Part shown: positions 33,627-47,431 of the stretch, piece after piece
How positions within the stretch are numbered: position 1 is the stretch's first letter
How the letters are laid out: each line of letters starts with the position of its first letter
Assembly: GCA_013115125.1 (NCBI GenBank)
Contig: JABANN010000153.1
Span: forward strand, 1 to 60,490
Source of the DNA: Perkinsus olseni
Taxonomy: Eukaryota
Reading direction: 5' to 3'
Length of the DNA: 60,490 bases
Program-made: the position numbers and the translations under genes
The notes under the pieces: model-generated
The model's input: the letters and a program-made list of their open reading frames with translations, nothing else
Databases searched by the model: none
Told to the model about the DNA's origin: nothing

Positions 33627-35198
33627 ATGTTTTACACCACCCCTCATTTCAACACTCGCATTTCTCATAGGGGCCGCCCCGGCAACGCGGAGGGCAGAAG
33701 GCCGCTGGGCACCTCCCTTTCGCCCAGTAAAACACTGAAGGCGATCTTCGGCCGATTCGCGGGGTCCAGTGGGATGTCGGGCACTCAGTGGGCGAAGATG
33801 TGCTGCCAGGCAGGGCTTGCAGACTCGGACGGAGCGCCTCTTGCCCTTGCGGATGCTGACCTGGTCTATGTAGATGTAATGCGGGGGAGTCTGAGGGGTG
33901 GGCATATCTTGTTTATGTGTTCGAACCCATGGTGAACCTCGGATATCTTGAATTAGCTACTTCTGTTGGCGTGCTCTGAGAGGTCGTTAATTTCAGGTAC
34001 AGCGGCGGGAGCTCGGAGTGAAGGGGATGAAGCTTCCCTACGAGACGTTTGCCCAGCAGGCCATCCCAGCACTGGCTGAGAAGGCCGGCCTGTCAGTGCA
34101 CGAAGTCCTAGCGCGGCTAGACACTCTCAATCAGAGGCTACAAGATGGTACAAGCTCGAGCCTGGCGGCCGGTGTCAGCCGGAGGAGAAAGGAGGAAAAG
34201 TGAGGGCGTTAGTGGGGCCTTGCATTCAGTAGTGGCGTCCTTTCAGTCTGGTCGAACGCGGAAGCTCTGGTCCGCAACGGTTGTACTATCAACATCGTAG
34301 ACGGTCCGGTGACCAAGAAGGAAGGATCTTCAGAAGGCGCTCCCAAGCTGCTGGGCTAGAGGCGCAGCCGAGCACGGGCGTCCTCGACCTCTCACAAGTT
34401 TGCGACCGGACTGCGGCGGACGTCCGAGGCTCTAAGAAAGAGAAAAACTACGTACCCGGCGTGACCACTCATAGCGTCAGAGTGACGGACAGGCTATCGC
34501 AGTCCACCCGTAGCCTGAGGAGCCTCGACCGTCGACTGTCATCCTCCTCTGCTGCTAGCCTCCATAGTGAGAGTGATGTCGTTGGGCCAGAGAGATTTTA
34601 TTATGACAAAACCTCTTACACGGGCACTGCCAAGCGGTCTTTGAGAGCAGTGCCGCGATATAGCACTCGGGGGGTGGGCGGAAGGAGGGGCTCTCTGGAT
34701 GGCATTGCTGAGGCTACTGAGGAGGAGGAGCTCAGAGCCATGCTGACTGGCCGGAATAAGCAGGCAACTGCGAGGAGAGTCGAGGGTAGAATCAACAGGC
34801 CGGTCCTGTCCGGAGTATCCTCGTCGGTTACCGTGCTGCCCCCAGCGACACAACTTGCATCACCGTCGCAACAAGAGAGAAGGGTCATAGTGCGTCCTCC
34901 GTCGGGGGGCTCTCTCGTTGCCCCGCCTCCTTCGGTGCCATACCCCGTTCAGGTTGGCGGGACACCTCAAGTTCCCTTGACCCGAGTCTTCACTCCCTTC
35001 ACGCCTGCGTACAAGCTCGGTCAGGCTCCGCTGCCACAGCCGTCTGCCATGCCTAAGCAGCAGCGGACCTCGGTGGTATACTCCTCGGTGTCCCCTCTTC
35101 CGCAACAAATGCCGGCCTTAACGGCGCCTACTGCTGTTACCTCGATGTTTGCGCTCTCCTCACCGTTGGACTTCCGACCGGGTCCGAGGGTCGGATGA
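33627..35198 (+). CDS. TPPP/p25-alpha domain protein with long disordered C-terminus
   Basis: LKAIFGRFA..MSGTQWAKMCCQAGL...ADADLVY...KLPYETFAQQAIPALAEK is p25-alpha-like. GPERFYYDKTSYTGT resembles the TPPP C-terminal motif. Confidence 0.75.
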
Positions 35199-35531
35199 CC
35201 ATCAGTAGCCGATGATTGGAGGTTACTATCAAGTGACCCTATTACCTACCGTCCATTGCCATGACTGTGCTGAATGACTGCCGTCGTGCATCAACGACCG
35301 TCGTGTTGGGTTGTTAGAATAGTGGGGGCAGGAAGGCGTTACAGCCCGCGCTAAACTCACCACGGCAAGGGAACCTCGTCGTGCATCTGCCCGGGAGTGA
35401 ATCGCGCGTAGCTATCGAAGGCTCGGCTTCTGTAGGCGCTTGAGCTCGGGTTTGGGCTGCGTACGGCCCTCGATTGTGGAGTGTTGAATTCCTCTCTATA
35501 GTCGTTTCAACAATGAGTTCACGCCTTGACG

Positions 35532-37574
35532 ATGTTCCTTCTGATCGGTATCATCATCACTAGCACCGTGTTGGCCCAGTACACCCTGAACGATTGCGTG
35601 GCAGCCGGGTGTCCGACCTCTACTGCCGCTGCTGTCCAGTGCATCATCAACGGCGACATCTCCCTGAGCTCCTGCCAGTCTCAAGTCTGCGACGGTCAGG
35701 CGGTCTCCGACTTCACCCTTTTCTGTACGCCCATGATCCCCGCCTGCGCTGATCTTTACTCCAACACTTACGCTGCCGAGTTCAACTCTGTCGTCTCGGT
35801 CTGTGCTACCGGGACGTCCACAACCCCGAGCCCAACCGCCGAGGCATCGCCCTTGTCAGCGTGTCGTGACGCTGGCTGTCCAGCTGAGGTGACCGCCGCT
35901 CTCGAGTGTGCAATCCAAGGAGAGATCTACACGGAGGCCTGTCGAAGTAGCGCGTGCGCCGAAGGTGTTTGGAGTCGCTTCCGAGACGACTGCGTGGACC
36001 GGCTCGAGCCGTGCACCACGGCTTACTCTGATACGTACCGCAGTGAGCTTGCCGACGTGGAGATGGTCTGTGTGTTCTCGGCCCAACCAGTCACGACATC
36101 AACCACAACCACCGCCCCGAGGGATGTGATACCGCCCCAACTGGTATCAGTGTCGCCGCCGCCGGGCGGGGTCGTTGGTCAGCGGGCGACGCTTATAATG
36201 GAGTTTGATGAGGACGTGCAGAAGGGCCCGAATAACCTGGTCCTCGTGAGGTCTGCGTCTAACGATCATGTTATCCTGGAGGAGGGGTCCTGGCTGCGCC
36301 TCTCTGGCCGCTACGTTCACATAAGCCCTCCGCAGTACAGCAAGCTGGGAGACGGCAAAGACTGCTTCTACGTACAAGTTGAGTTTGGTGCTCTACTGGA
36401 CATGGCCCGGAACGCTTTCAGCGGGCTGCCCAGGATCGACTACTGGACGCTGTGTGTGGTTGATCGTGAAGGCCCTCGAGTGGAGAACGTCAGAGAAGAG
36501 ATCATTGATGATGACAGCATTCGTGTGGTCTTTGAGTTCGACGAGGTTGTTGAAGCGGTCATGGCTACCTTAACGGCTACTCTCACAACCAAGGGCAACG
36601 GCGTACAGGAATCAATACCCGCCCAACTAGGAAGTGACCAGCGATCGGTATCGGTTGTCTTGGGCGGACTGCTCTTGGGGGAGCGCTACCGGATCGACCT
36701 CACGGACGGCTTTGTGCAGGATGCTTTCGGTAACGTCTTCTCAGGAGCCTCGTTCAACGGCTACTCACTGCAGCTGCCGGACCCAACGACGACGCCGGTG
36801 TTCCCGACTGTAGTGGTTGACCCGATGGACGGTCCCAATACAGTAGCCATAGTCCTTTGCGTCATGGGTGGACTTCTCCTGGGTGGAGCGGCGGCTTTTT
36901 GGTTTTGGCAATCTCGCCGGAAGAAGGTCTACGTCTCCCCCTCTGCGGAGGCTCCCACCAAGGTCAGTCGTCACTGGGAGCCGAGCGCTGTGAGGGCCGG
37001 TGAGGGAGCGGGCTTTGCAAGAGAGGCCCATCTGAAGGCGGAGGACTCCAAGGCTGCAGGAGGGGGTCCCCCGCCATGGGGTGGGTTCGTAGCTGCTGCT
37101 TTGTTCTTTTTACTGTAGCTGGTCTCAGGTGCTGATGCGACCAATGAGGAGGACCTGATCAAGATAAAGCAAGAAGCGGTGGACACTAGTCTGATGGAGC
37201 AACAGGAGGCTAAGGAGGTTGTCGCTGAGCTGTTGAAACAGCTGGAGGCCCTGCCAGAGGATAATGCAGAACGAAGAAAGGCGCATAAGAAGATGTGCTT
37301 CACATGGTAGGCGGCGAGGTTGAGCATCGGCCTTCCACTGTGTCCTTCAGGCACCCCGACAAGAACCCTGAGAACTTGCCGGTTGCTACAGAAGTGTTCC
37401 AGTGGCTCCAACGGCAGAAACGATGGCTGCTCGAGATGGACGACACTCAGCCCAGCCCACGCCCGGCCGAGGTAACCTGCCCATCTGCGTGTTGCTACTG
37501 GGGAGCGTTCTTCGCCTTAGGCGGAGCGACCCTCGAACGCTTCGGAGCAGTCCGGTCAAGATCCCCCTGTTTAG
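35532..37574 (+). CDS. Type I membrane protein: signal peptide, two Cys-rich repeats, bacterial-type Ig-like domains, TM helix, cytoplasmic J-domain-like HPD segment
   Basis: MFLLIGIIITSTVLA; repeats LNDCVAAGCP / LSACRDAGCP; DVIPPQLVSVSP..FDEDV..LLDMARN and DREGPRV..FDEVV..VQDAFGN (Big_5/SbsA-like); TM VAIVLCVMGGLLLGGAAAFWFW; KKMCFTW|HPDKNPENLPVATEVFQWL. Confidence 0.8.
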
Positions 37575-37728
37575 CTACCGCATGTCATTGGTCTTTTAAT
37601 GGTGTTGAGATTTACCAATCGAGCACGCATTGTTTTGTGCCCGCTACGGCTGGTCATAGGCCGTCCTCGTCCGCAGTAAGGGCCCACAGCTTCTTGATAT
37701 TCAACCACGCATCCGCTGCTTGTCGAGA

Positions 37729-39801
37729 ATGCTCCAACAACAGCAGCAGCATCGGCCATCATCAGGCAGGCCCAACTACTCTCGTGGGTCAATGGTCGGC
37801 CGTGGTCGTGGTGGCAACGGCCGGGGCCCGAACGGCTACCGGTCCTTCCCGGGCAATCAACGGTCGCCGATTCTTCCTATACCGCAGGTGAAGCCTCGTT
37901 GATGCACGACTGGGCCTGTCATTGAGGCCTCCTTCCGCTTCATTTCTGCCACCTGTTCGGAGTTCGGCCTCCCCCACAAGTGTCTGGTGGGAGTGATTCT
38001 TCGGGGTTAAGTGCCCGACGTATTTGTTCATGTTATTCGATAGATCGCTCCGCGTGGAGTAATAATATATAGATATCGGTGTTGTAACCCACAGCAGAAC
38101 CGAATTACTGCACCACCCACTTTTACGGGTGGCTTCTAATGGCACCGTCTCTCAGGCGAGGCCTCGCCTTGTTGTCTTACTTCAGGCTGGCACGTCGGCT
38201 GGTAGCATTCCGGCGAACAACGTCCAGCATGCAGCTGCAGGGGGTCTCCTTCCGTCTCCTGCCGTGCCAGCAGCTGCCACTCCGCAACGGCGGACCCCCC
38301 ATAAACAGGCGTTACCGCCACCCTCCTGCCTCCTGACCCCTGAGGAACAAGTCATGTGGGCCAATGCACCGTGAGAGGGCCACGAGTGCTACCCGTTGCT
38401 TCGGTTTCGCTCGGTGCCCAGGTACGCCTGTCCAGGTTGTGGCAGCCCCTTCATGAAGTGGTCTCAGTGTGACACGCACGTTGTCTCGTCAGCTCCTTGC
38501 CAGGCCGCGGTAGTCGGTAAGGACGTGAAGGGGTAGGAGTGAACGGCGCCGTGGTTCTCCATTGTTGGCACTTCAGACAATGCGAGGCCTTTGCGGCCGC
38601 CCATGCCGGGACGCTACGGCCTCCCACAGCCCCGCCCCTGCCGAAGCCGCCTCGCAAGGTCTCAGCCTCTGGCAGAGGTGCTAATGGCAGAGGAAGGGAA
38701 GGCCGACAGAGGGTGGAGACTGAACGGGAAATTCAGGTCAGGCTGGAGGGGTATGCGACCCGTTTTTCAAGACTTCTTCGCTTCTTCAATACCACGCGGC
38801 ACAGGCTCGGGCCTCGTGAGGAAGCGCGATCAGCAGTGCTATTGGCCGGTGAGGCTAACCGAACCTTGAACTTCGTCAGTTTTCCGGAGGCATCGGCCCG
38901 AGTTTGCTGTAGAGGTCGAGAGGAGTTGCTCCTACTAGCAGCCTCCTAAAACCTGTTTGACGCCTCTCCGAGATGAATGCTGCTTCCAGCTTTTGAGTGC
39001 AGTGGAACACTACTGCACGCGCCACGAAATTGCTGCGCATCCCGAAACGTTCGTTTGCAGGCCATCAAAGACGAGTACGAGAAGGCGATCTTTGGAGGCC
39101 GCCGCGGATCGATGTCCACCGTGAGCGGCATGAGTCCGAGTCATGGAGCACCCTTCAGCGACACCACCGACCCTCCACACTCTGGGCCCAATGGGGGTTC
39201 AATGGACTACCACGACATGATGGGTGCTGAGTACGGCTCCTCTGGGTGAGACCTGCCTCGGTCAACTCGGCGGCATTCGACTTGCAGGTTCGGGCGGGTG
39301 TGTCTGATCTGCCAGATGGGGGAGTCCAGCTGTGCCCTGGCTCCCTGCGGTCACATGCTGGCCTGCTACAGCTGTAGGGCAAGAGGGCATCTCATCGCCA
39401 TCGTGAAGCACTGAGGCTGGCGTCAGGCACTCTAGCGCTGCAGCTTCAGGAGTGTCCGTGTTGCGGATCTCAAATCCATCAACTCATCCAAGTGCGCCCA
39501 GTCGACATCAGGTGCTCTAAAGCCGCGGCAACCCTGATGGGATCCGGTCTCTCTAGGCACTACCATCTCAACATCTTCAACGGGAATGGCCTGCAGATGA
39601 ACGGCGCTGGCGGAAGCGTGACCATACCCCGCGTGCAGGTGGGGTTTTCCGGAGGTCAAAGCAATATTTACTAGCGTGACTCATCAGGACTACACTCCGA
39701 GTGCCGCTAGCGGGCTGAGCTCGGCCGAAGGGGTCGTCCTGTCGGGTATGGACCCCCTCGAGGCCAATACAGATGCCTCCTGGATGCCGCCACCTACCTG
39801 A
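37729..39801 (+). CDS. Hypothetical low-complexity protein with RGG-like stretch and CxxC zinc-finger-like motif, multi-exon
   Basis: MLQQQQQHRPSSGRPNYSRGSMVGRGRGGNGRG...; YACPGCGSPFMKWSQ|C. GT-AG introns; model approximate. Confidence 0.5.
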
Positions 39802-40431
39802 TTGCGCTGACCAGCGCTGACTTCGCTAACAGGGAACTCAGTTGCTGCTGGTTGTTATTCCAATTAAAACAACGGCGTTTCGTATTAGACGAAGTAGTGT
39901 CGACGGTACTGCCTCTCGCGATGGCTTCTGTTGTTTCTGAAGCCGTCGGCGGCGGTCGCTGGTCGTGCATGGCGTCCAGTCCCTTTTGGCGATCGTTGTT
40001 TCAGTGGACTGTGTAATATTAGTTTTTTAAACGAAGCTGTAATGCTCCTCATTTTCACGTATTCATCTTCGACATGTTTCCCAGAAATCTGCGGGCTGCA
40101 TTATATCCGAGTCCGTACTGAACTGTGTAGGAGTTCTGAAGGCCGAGTTTCGTGGCGCGTGAAGAAGCTTACCCCAGGCTGGTGACATGTCCTCCCGTGT
40201 GCAGCATGGTTCCTGCTGATGCTACTGCCGATCCTACGCTAATATGACGCCTTGTGTTCAGTAGTTTGATAAGGGTCTAGCAGGCCTGCTTCGTTTGGGT
40301 ACTCCCGGGAGTCGCTGTCCCGGGGTACTCTTGCACGCACGGAGATACTTGAATATACAGAAATCACAGCGCAGCGCCTTACCTTGATTAATTATCGCTA
40401 GGCGGGAGTGCATATCTTGTTCCATCTCGCC

Positions 40432-42120
40432 ATGGATTTGTCGCCAGCACCTGACGGGGACGAGTTCGCGTCTGATGCCATCTGTGAGGATGCTGGTAGC
40501 GCGGGTGACTTCGAGGCGCAGCTCGAGGATGCTGTTGCCGCGGGTGAGCAGCGTGGACGCTTCCAATTAGTGATCCGTTCGAAGTGTCGTCAGGCCGAGA
40601 GCGATTACTGCGCCAGAGTAGGTCCCGCGGCCGGCCGACAACGGCCAGCTTGATCGGAGGGAGCAGCAGCAGCCGGTAGACACACTTTATCGGTATTCAC
40701 CTTCAGCCTCGCACTCTAGGCTTAACCTATCCTACGGGACCTCTGGGCTGACAAGGCCGCATGCATAGGATCGTTTTCAGCCCGACCACTGCCGCTCTCA
40801 TTGGCGATCACCACCACGCTAATGGCGAGTCGAACAAGTCGCTGAGAGGAAGTCATTCTGCCAGTACCAACACTTTCGAGGATGTGCTTGGATATTACGT
40901 AAATAGACCATGGTCCACCGTCTCCTGGGCGAGGGCAGCAGTCGATCTACTTAGTGCTCAGAACTCGGCAAAACGAGTGTCATCCCGGGGGAGGATGCGC
41001 TCTGGCTTCCCCACTTCCAAGAGGATGCCTCGCCCAGCTAGCGCTGGCTGCTTGCGAGGTGTGAAGGGCCAGTTGATGGCGTCAATGCCTCTGTATGCTT
41101 CCCAGTCGGATCCGCCAAGAACCTCCGTCGGCCAGTCAGTGCATTTTCGAGAGGGTTCGGGGTGGGTCTGAACACAGGCAGCGTGTCGGCTGCTGGCAGT
41201 GAGGCCAAGTTGGTCGGCGATGCCGTCAGGGGGAAAAGCATATCTAAAGGTCAACAAGAAGCCTCTCGCAGGTGAGCTCATAACTTGTCTCGGAGGCTAC
41301 TCTCTTCATAGTAGACCGAAGTCCGTTGTAGAGTTCATGAGAATGCACGAGGCGAAGCATCGCAGAGATGAGCAGAGGCTAGCTGCCTTGGTAGGTTCCG
41401 GGGTTCAAGTCACTAAGCTGTCGGCGAGTTGCTCAGATAGAGAGGACCAATCATGAAGCGGAGTTCGCCCTGCTGCGCAAGATGACCGAGCTTAATCAGG
41501 TTGTGGAGTCGGAGAGACAGAGTGGAGAGGCTATTGTATATAAGATGATCGATGGCTCTAGAAAGGTGGGCATGTGGATCGAACCTGGGACCTTTCGCAT
41601 GAGCAATAAGCGCTGCCACTACTGATCGTCATCACGGTGACACGCGGAGATGCTGATCAGTGGACAGGATGCGCTTGAGTATGCATACTCCAGGCTGATG
41701 TGCTCAGGGAGAGAGAGTTGGCTGCTACGTAGGCGCCGAGCTAGTGGGGAAGATGTCAGTCGAGGCCTTCGAGCGAAAGTGGGCGGTGTCGGCTGCTGTT
41801 AGCCAATTGCAACCCTGAGACAGATATAAAACCCTGATAAAGTCGAAGAGTGAGAAAAGCTTCCCGCAAGGCGGAACATCTCAGACCATTGGTGAGCACA
41901 CGCTGGTGGTGCTGACTTCCCTCGATGGGGGCGAACTCGAGAATCAGGAAACAAGTCAACGATGGCGAAGGCTCAAATGTCGGCGGCTGAGCAAGCCGAG
42001 CGGCAGAACGAGATTGGCAAGATCCTAGCCCACACTATGCGTCTCACTGCCAAGCTGCGGGAGCAACTCAGAGTGGGTGGAGGCGGAGGGACTCGTCGTT
42101 CCGGCTCTTCCGTGTCATAG
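40432..42120 (+). CDS. Hypothetical protein with coiled-coil segments, multi-exon
   Basis: MDLSPAPDGDEFASD...; VVEFMRMHEAKHRRDEQRLAAL; ...AERQNEIGKILAHTMRLTAKLREQL. No domain recognised. Confidence 0.45.
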
Positions 42121-42331
42121 AGGTGGGCGTGCTGTGGTTCCGCCTCAGATAATCAGACAGGGGAACCCTCATGCACGGAGGTTCTGTGAGAGTGAATCTG
42201 ACGGAATCGGGTTTGCTCCCTTTGTCGTGGAATAACAAGGTTGTCGTTCTCATCAAGCTTTGGTTTACCGCCGTTGCCGACTTTCGGGCGCTTTTTTGCT
42301 TCTCTATTTTCCCTCGCTTGGCTCGCTGCTG

Positions 42332-45300
42332 ATGGGACTCACGGCCTCGACTGTGGCTGCCGTGCGGCAATTTCTCCAGTCGCCGGCGATGGTGCCTCGG
42401 CGGGTGTCAGAATGGAGTGTTGCTGAGGTGTTGGTATTGATAAGCTCGGTGAAGAACCCCGCCAATGGCAGCTTCCAGGCGTCAAAGTGGGAGGTGAGCC
42501 CCCAGAACTAGAGCGTCGCCGGCGCCGACGCTGGGAGTGTCAGATGCTCCAGCGTCTCGGCACAGACCACCTGGTTGGATGGGATAGGCTGTTTACGCTG
42601 CTCAAGGACGAGCCGGACGGAACGACCGTGTCTACTCTTGAAGTTGCCTCCCTATGCATCCTAGCCAACCGTTCCATGGATGCCCACTCAAAGTAAAAAG
42701 CTAGCCATGCTCACTGCTCAGGGTGCCTCGAGCTTCTCCTCCTCCCGGTCGCGTCGTGCTTGGCCTTCAAGTCGCTAACATTCCTGAGCGGCAGGCATGC
42801 CTCATCCCGATCTGGGGTTGCAATTGGAGATACCACGACCTCATCCTAGGTTCAAGACTCTGCTGAGACTTTTCGATTGGAGTGATGCCGAGGTCTGCAC
42901 CGAAGCGGACCTGGTACGTCCAACTACTTCATGGGGCTGATCGCCGGGAGCAAACCCTCGCAGGTCCTCACCGCTCAGACCGTGTTTTCTGCGCTGCGTA
43001 AGGGTATGCGGAAGTTCGTCGCCGATGGAGGTGCTAAGGTCTGAACGGCCGCTGTGAGGCTGAATGATCAGCTTCCATCCAGGCGACGCTGCCGAGCCCG
43101 AGTGAGCTGAGGGAGGCGTGCCGCGAGCTACTCTTCGCGGCGACCGGCGGAAAATCTGCTGCCAGCTCACACGAGGCGCTGTTCACCAGTGTCAGCAATG
43201 GCCTTGAGAGCTTTTGTTATGTGAGTTGACGCTCTTCTCTTCTGTCCTCTCGACTGGATGAAGGTACTGGATGTTCTCTCCCTATCTAATGATCGTTCGA
43301 GCGGTTCCGACGACTGGGCTGGGACTGTTGTTGGCGGTCATGAGAGAGCGGCCTCTGAGGATAATGTGGAAGGAGGCCCTTCATTGACGCCGGAGTAGAC
43401 TAGGGCACACTGGAGGAGGATCAGGCGCGCTCCTGGCAGGAGTCGCGGCAACCACTGGCTAGTGACACGATCCACTGAAGCCTCGAGAAAGATCGACTTC
43501 TTCGAACGGTGGCTGTCATGGAGGAAACTAGAGATGCCGAAAACGCAGAGGAGCCCGACTCGGTAGCGAGTGGCCGGAACGTCTTTAGTAGCCTCTCTCA
43601 GCTGGCCCGCCGCAGGCTAGAGCGGGCACAGCTTGTGAGACCTGTCCGTCAGTGGCTTCAGTATGCACTAGACACGAAACGCTCGCCAGCCGTTGAGAAC
43701 GACGGTGATTACAAGTGGGCATCGACTCAGGCAGCCTCTCTTGCTGCCATCGAGGTGAGGCGATATCGGAGGATGCCCTCGATATCTTTGCAGGTTCAAC
43801 TTCGCCTGGCTTGGCTGCATCGCTCCGCCGCACTCTCCTCTTTGAGGGCTGCGTACGCTCAGAACCGGGTCGAGAATGCGATTGACTATCATCCCGGCGC
43901 AGCACTGGTGAGCAACGTGATCTCACTGAGCATAGACCACCACCGCCTCTCAGGTCTGCATCGAGGTCCTGAGATCGGTCTGTCGCGGTGTAGCCTCTTC
44001 GGGCGTTGAGGGAAAGACTGAAATGGTGCTTCGCGATGCCATAGCCGCCTTCTCAGAGGTGAGGCGTGGGGGGTCCTATTTCTGGTGCTTGCAGTCCCCC
44101 ATGAGATTTACGACGCTTCCATGCCTTTATGGCAGGAAGCAACATCTCTGTGGCGGCGTTTGGGGGAAACCTGTCGCGGAGGCCACCAGACTGAGGACAG
44201 GAAAATGGCCATGTTATTGGATGGTGTCATCGAGGCCTGTAAGGTACTCAAGCATCAACACTCTGTCGCCTTCGCGTACAGACCCTGCTTTCCTTCAGCT
44301 TGCGACAGCCGAGGGGGAGGAGCCAGCGGTGAGTTCGGCGACTCTGCGAATTCAAGTGCTATTGTCATACATACACCCGTTCTTGCTCGGTATTGTTATC
44401 AGTGAAGGCCTTCTACTCTTTCTCAGACTTTGGGTAGAGGAAATTGCTAGACACAATCTGCCTTCACTGAACAGATCGAAAGTAAAGCGCCTCTTCCCTT
44501 CCTGTGGTGCAGTTGAAGGAGGCCGCCCGAGCCATCAGGGATCAGCTTGCTCTGCACAATGCGGCAATTAAGAATCGAGGACAGTCTCGTGACGAGGCTG
44601 ACGGACATACTACTATAGAGTCGCGAGCACGAGGTCTCGAACTTGCCATTGCCAAGCTGGAAGATCTCTGCCGTAGGGCAACCGAAGATACGAGGGGACC
44701 GCACCTTAGCGAGTAGCGATTTACGCCTATACTCTGCTACCGGCAGATGAGGGTCACTTTTGGCCTCCTCGCGCTGCATGTGTTGCTGCTTCAGATGGAT
44801 CCAGGATGAGATTGAGGATATCCTGCCGCGTGTCGGTGGCCAGCAGTGTAATGTACGCGACAGAGTGCTGCAGACCTTCATTAGAATACGAGCTGATGAG
44901 AAGACGATGCTTGAAGGGGCACTCGCTTCGCTCTTGTAAGTTGGTTGAACTCACGTGGACCTGATTCCGGTGGGAGGGGTGCATCAGGGTGATCGGCGAG
45001 GAGGTACGGCGGATGACTGAGGGAGGGTCAGACCGCGTAGACCAGGAAGGGGGCTGCCTGATGCAGAAGGTTAGTCGGGGCCACCACCGGAACAGCAGCC
45101 TTGTCTGTCCCCGTCTCAGATTGAAGCGGCTTGCTCGAGAGTGGTCATAGAGTGTCCCCTCGACGCAGCGCTGGATGAAGCTCCGACCTCGAGCTTGCCC
45201 GTCTCGTCAGCGACCGCGTTCGGATTCGGCCCGGATGCGTTCTCTCTGAACCCCTTCAAAGTTGTCGCTGTTCTCGAAGAGATGCGGACTCGAATAGAAG

Positions 45301-47188
45301 GACTTTCTGGTCTCAAACTGGAGGATGCCATTGAGAAGTTGAAGTCGTTTGACATGGACGAAGGTCAATACGCTTCTGACAACGACAGCAGACGGAAACG
45401 ATTCGCCATACGAACCAAGCAATCGGCTTGCGCCAGCGGGTGGCCATCCTCCGAAGGGTTCGAGAAAGAGTTGGAAGAGCTTCGGCAGCTGCCAGCCAAG
45501 ATGGGAGATGTTTGGAAGACTGCTGTTGACGACCTAGCCAACGCCCTGAGGGAGAGCGCTGCACATTCATCCGAGGACCCTGCCCTACGAGCTCGACGAC
45601 ATGTGCGCGGTCGTCTCTGTAGAATCTACTGGGTGGTGTACGACTTGACGGCCAGTGGCGTCCTTACCGAGCCTTTATATCCCATCCAAGGTGAGAACAG
45701 CACTCTCACAGCACAGTAGCTTCGTCCCAGATCCTCGTCTCGATGCCTCCATCCCCCTTGCCCTGAGAGGCGCGGGCTCCCCGAGGGCCATCTTCGACTC
45801 GGAACGGCGACTACGATGTGGTCGCCACGCTCACATGGCTTGGTTCGTTGGCGCCCTCAATGTATCAGCCCTGCGAGAAAACGAGAGCCTCGACAACCCT
45901 CTGAGAGCTGACTCGGTTAGCTGTTGTGCTGGTGAGGCTAGAGTGTTACAAGCCTTGTGCGAGAGGAAGCTCATGGACCTATTAGCAAGCCATCGAGGGT
46001 CCGTTGAGGAAATGCAAGATAGCAAGATAACCGCGCTGCAACAGTTCATCCGTGATTGTATCGCAGAGGACCTTCGGAGGTCGGAAATCCTCCCTTCGAG
46101 TGCGAGAAAAACTCTCTCAAGGGGGGCCTCTGAGTCTGAGGCCTATGAGGTGGCGGCCCCGCCCGAATTGCACGAATGGGAACGAGAGGCAACACCAACA
46201 TCTGTCTTCAACACCATCGAGAGTCCGGATCGACGGTCGAGTATCTGGGCCTTGGCATTAGCATTGTACGGGAGTGATGATGATAGATTGGTGGGGGAGT
46301 TTGCTACTGCCTTACGGTGGTGGGTGATGGCGATCTCAAAGTAAGCTCGCGTGCAAGCTGGGTTTGCTGCCCTCAGCGAGGTTCAGGCAACTGGAGTTCT
46401 CTCTAGTCCTGGCAGCTGCTCGGCTTGAGACTGGCGGGAGTGAGAAGAATGGTGACTGGTCGGAGAGGGTCATCGCAGGGACAGTGGACGAGGCGGTCCT
46501 GCGGTACATGGAGGTGATGGCTCCGACTGAGTCCCCGTCGAAGCCCTTGATAGATAGCGACGCTACGGGGACCCGTCATGAAGGGAATCGCTGAGGCGAA
46601 TAGGGAGAGGCTTATGGAGGCCGCTCTCCTCGAGTGCCAGTACTCGCTTGAGTCGATATATACTCAAGTGAGCCGTCTTTCGACCTCTCGCCTCCTGATG
46701 GTCACTGGTTCTAGGATGCGGAGTATCTGGATATTGAAGAGATACAGCGACTGCAAGGGAAGATGCGGGACTCGTTCAAGGCTGGCGTGGAGCACCACCG
46801 CATGAAGCTCATACGAAGGATCGTTTCCGGCCAGAATCCCCGCCTCCCAGGCAAGTCACGATGTTGTTCCTTCTTAGAGTCATTCCCTCGCTTAGGGCCC
46901 TTCGTACCAGCCGATGTCGTCCAGCAAGTCCTAGACGGCACTCGGACCTCGGTTGTGAGTGCCGCAGACCGGACCAGCAGTACAGTCTCCTCTCAGGACT
47001 TCGCCATATTGCGCATCTTGGGCGACGTCGACGAAGTGCCCTGCGACCTGAGAGATGATCCCTTCGACGCCGAAGTGGCCCGATGGATAGGAAGCATGGC
47101 GGCGTTAGAGGCAGCGAAGGAGGCCTTGGGGGTCGCCACCCTGGACAGTTCCTCGCAGGCTCCCGCTGTTGCGGAAGGCATCGCATGA
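42332..47188 (+). CDS. Large helical hypothetical protein (possibly more than one gene), multi-exon
   Basis: Chain of + strand Leu/Ala/Glu/Arg-rich exons (e.g. 43509-, 45141-, 45655-, 46763-47188) joined by short GT-AG introns. No domain recognised. Confidence 0.55.
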
Positions 47189-47431
47189 TATACTGTTGTC
47201 GCTTTCCTTCTCTCTCGGCGAGAGTCTCCGTCCCAGCTTCTGCGTTCCAGTGTACCATCAATGATGGGTGGGTCCCTACAGACGACTCAGTAACAGCTGA
47301 GGTACAGCTTCGAATCATCGCAGCTTACCCAGGAAGGGCGAGGAAAAAGCTTCCCTCGACTTCACTCATGTCATGGGAAGCCGCTACTCGGTTTGTAGTG
47401 CGTTATGAAGCTTCGCCGCAATGACACAGTT

